From assembly GCA_964016885.1 (NCBI GenBank), contig OZ024754.1:39990001-40054000 (forward strand): 64,000 nt of DNA. The letters run 5' to 3'. Shown in pieces: positions 62,285 to 64,000 of this stretch. Origin of the DNA: Eledone cirrhosa (lineage: Eukaryota). Under the pieces are notes generated by a model. It saw nothing but the letters and a program-made list of their open reading frames with translations. It was not told the origin of the DNA and made no database searches. How positions within the stretch are numbered: the stretch's first letter is position 1; every line of letters begins with the position of its first letter. The position numbers were made by a program, and so were the translations under genes.

Positions 62285-63558
62285 CTATGTAATAAACTAA
62301 AGGTTGAAGAATTTTAGACAATTCAATGTATCATAGCAAAAGTCAAAGTAACTAACAGCAAAATGCCAAAGAATTTTAGACGGACAATTAAAATTCTTCA
62401 CCATTTAGATATTTGTTAAATTGCCACATTGTTCACCATCATCATCATCCTCATTCAGTGTTTGTTTTTCCATGCTGGCATCAGTATTGGTATTAAAATT
62501 CTTTTACCAGAATCTTGGTAAAACCTATATTTTTATAGGTGCAGGCAGGCATAGCTAGGAAGTAAAGAATTTGCCTCACAACCAAGTAATTTCAGGTTCA
62601 TTCCAACTGTATGGCACCAAGTATTTGCTATTATAGCCTTGAATTAACCAATTCCTTGAGAATGAAATTTGGTAGACAAAAACTGTAGAATATAAGCTCA
62701 GTCCTGTCTTACACTCCAACTCGATGTTTTGACATATAAAACACCCAAACAACAGTGTATGTGTCTGAATATTAAAATTTAAAAATGAATGGCATAAAAT
62801 ATAAACATTAAACCATATACACATACGTATATGAAGCATACACACATACATACACACACACAGACAAACTGAAAGATAAAATAGATCTTACTATATGGGT
62901 AACATGGGTTGCTTCTACTATCAGACTAAAAAGACAAAGAAAAACTGTATTAATAAAATGTTTACTATATATATATATATATATATATATATTGATACAT
63001 ATAAACACATACATTATCATCATTTAATGTTCCCTTTTCCTACTAGCAAGGGCTGGATAGGTCTTCACAGACTGAGTCAATACTGAGGCAGGTCTACTGA
63101 CCGTCCAGACGAATCAGATTTTCGCTTACATATAGTCACACATTTGACTGAGTACATTTTTATCATGGCACCAGCAATAGAGAGGCTCTCGTCTTTGACA
63201 TAACGCAAGAATCCCTACCAACCCTCTGTTTGGAAAGCTTTCTAAGGTGTGATGCCCTTCCTATCACCAATCACTTCACAGTGTGTACTGGGTGCGTTTA
63301 TCATATAGACCACCACCATTAGAGAGGTTACTACACCATTGATACAACTGAAGTGTCCTCTCAACCCTTCTGGCATGGTTTCTATTGTAGGATGCCCTTC
63401 CTATCATCAACCACCTTATAGGGTGCACTGGGTGCATTTTTCTGACACCAACACTAGAGAGGCTGTTAGTTATTGTCCCAAATGTGACAGGTATAGTCAG
63501 CAGTACAGGTACTCATGAAATAAACTCTCAAATGTTCAGAAGATTCACTAGAAGTAGG

Positions 63559-63722
63559 AAACTATGTCAGAGACAAGTGGAGGTGGAGGTAGTGACGGTG
63601 TTGTAGTCTGTAGAAAACTATGTCAGAGACCAGTGGAGATGGAAGTAGTGACGGTGTTGTAGTCTGTAGAAAACTATGTCAGAGACCAGTGGAGGTGGAG
63701 GTACTGATGGTCTTGTAGCCTG
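63559..63722 (+). repeat. ~56-bp tandem repeat, 3 copies
   Basis: aactatgtcagagaccagtggaggtggaggtagtgacggtgttgtagtctgtagaa repeated. Confidence 0.85.
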
Positions 63723-64000
63723 AATGGAAGCAGGATTTTAAAAAAATCCTGATCCGTCTACTGGCAACAAAAGGTTTCTCACAGACTGACCTGCAGATCA
63801 AATGATGCTTGTGTTTGAACAGCTATGTTGCCTAGCAGCCTGACATAGGCTCTATTTCTGAGGGAGAGGGGCGAGAACTGACTCCAGAATTGGGCAGGTA
63901 CTTCGAAAGAATCAAAGGCAGAGTCGACCTCGGCATGATTTGGGCAGAGAACCATTACAAATACTGCAAAGCTGACATTCTAGTAGCTCTGCCAATTCAC

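Overview
Eukaryotic, AT-rich, repeat-dominated DNA. The SINE motifs and huge (TA)n tracts look cephalopod (octopus-like); this is inference. One host gene is supported: the 3' part of a minus-strand IL-17-receptor-like gene (fibronectin-III-like/Cys ectodomain, Ser/Thr stalk, TM helix, SEFIR domain). Five of its exons (59862 to 47870) join in frame at GT-AG sites, and one upstream exon is weaker. The rest is retroelement fragments (RTE, R4/Dong-like), tRNA-derived SINEs, piggyBac-, hAT-, Tc1/mariner- and Helitron-like non-autonomous elements, microsatellites and minisatellites. There is a 200-N gap, followed by a 16-kb (TA)n sea with duplicated and inverted islands. Three patterns stand out. 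(1) About ten minimal type I hammerhead ribozyme motifs from about five sequence families, resembling Penelope-like pLTRs, sit mostly in short islands in or next to (TA)n tracts, often with fold-back inversions. (2) Several minisatellite arrays were amplified from inside different transposon classes. (3) A modular SINE has putative LINE donors for both its body and its tail present in the same window. Most ORFs in the supplied track are low-complexity artefacts. Repeat boundaries were read by eye and are approximate.
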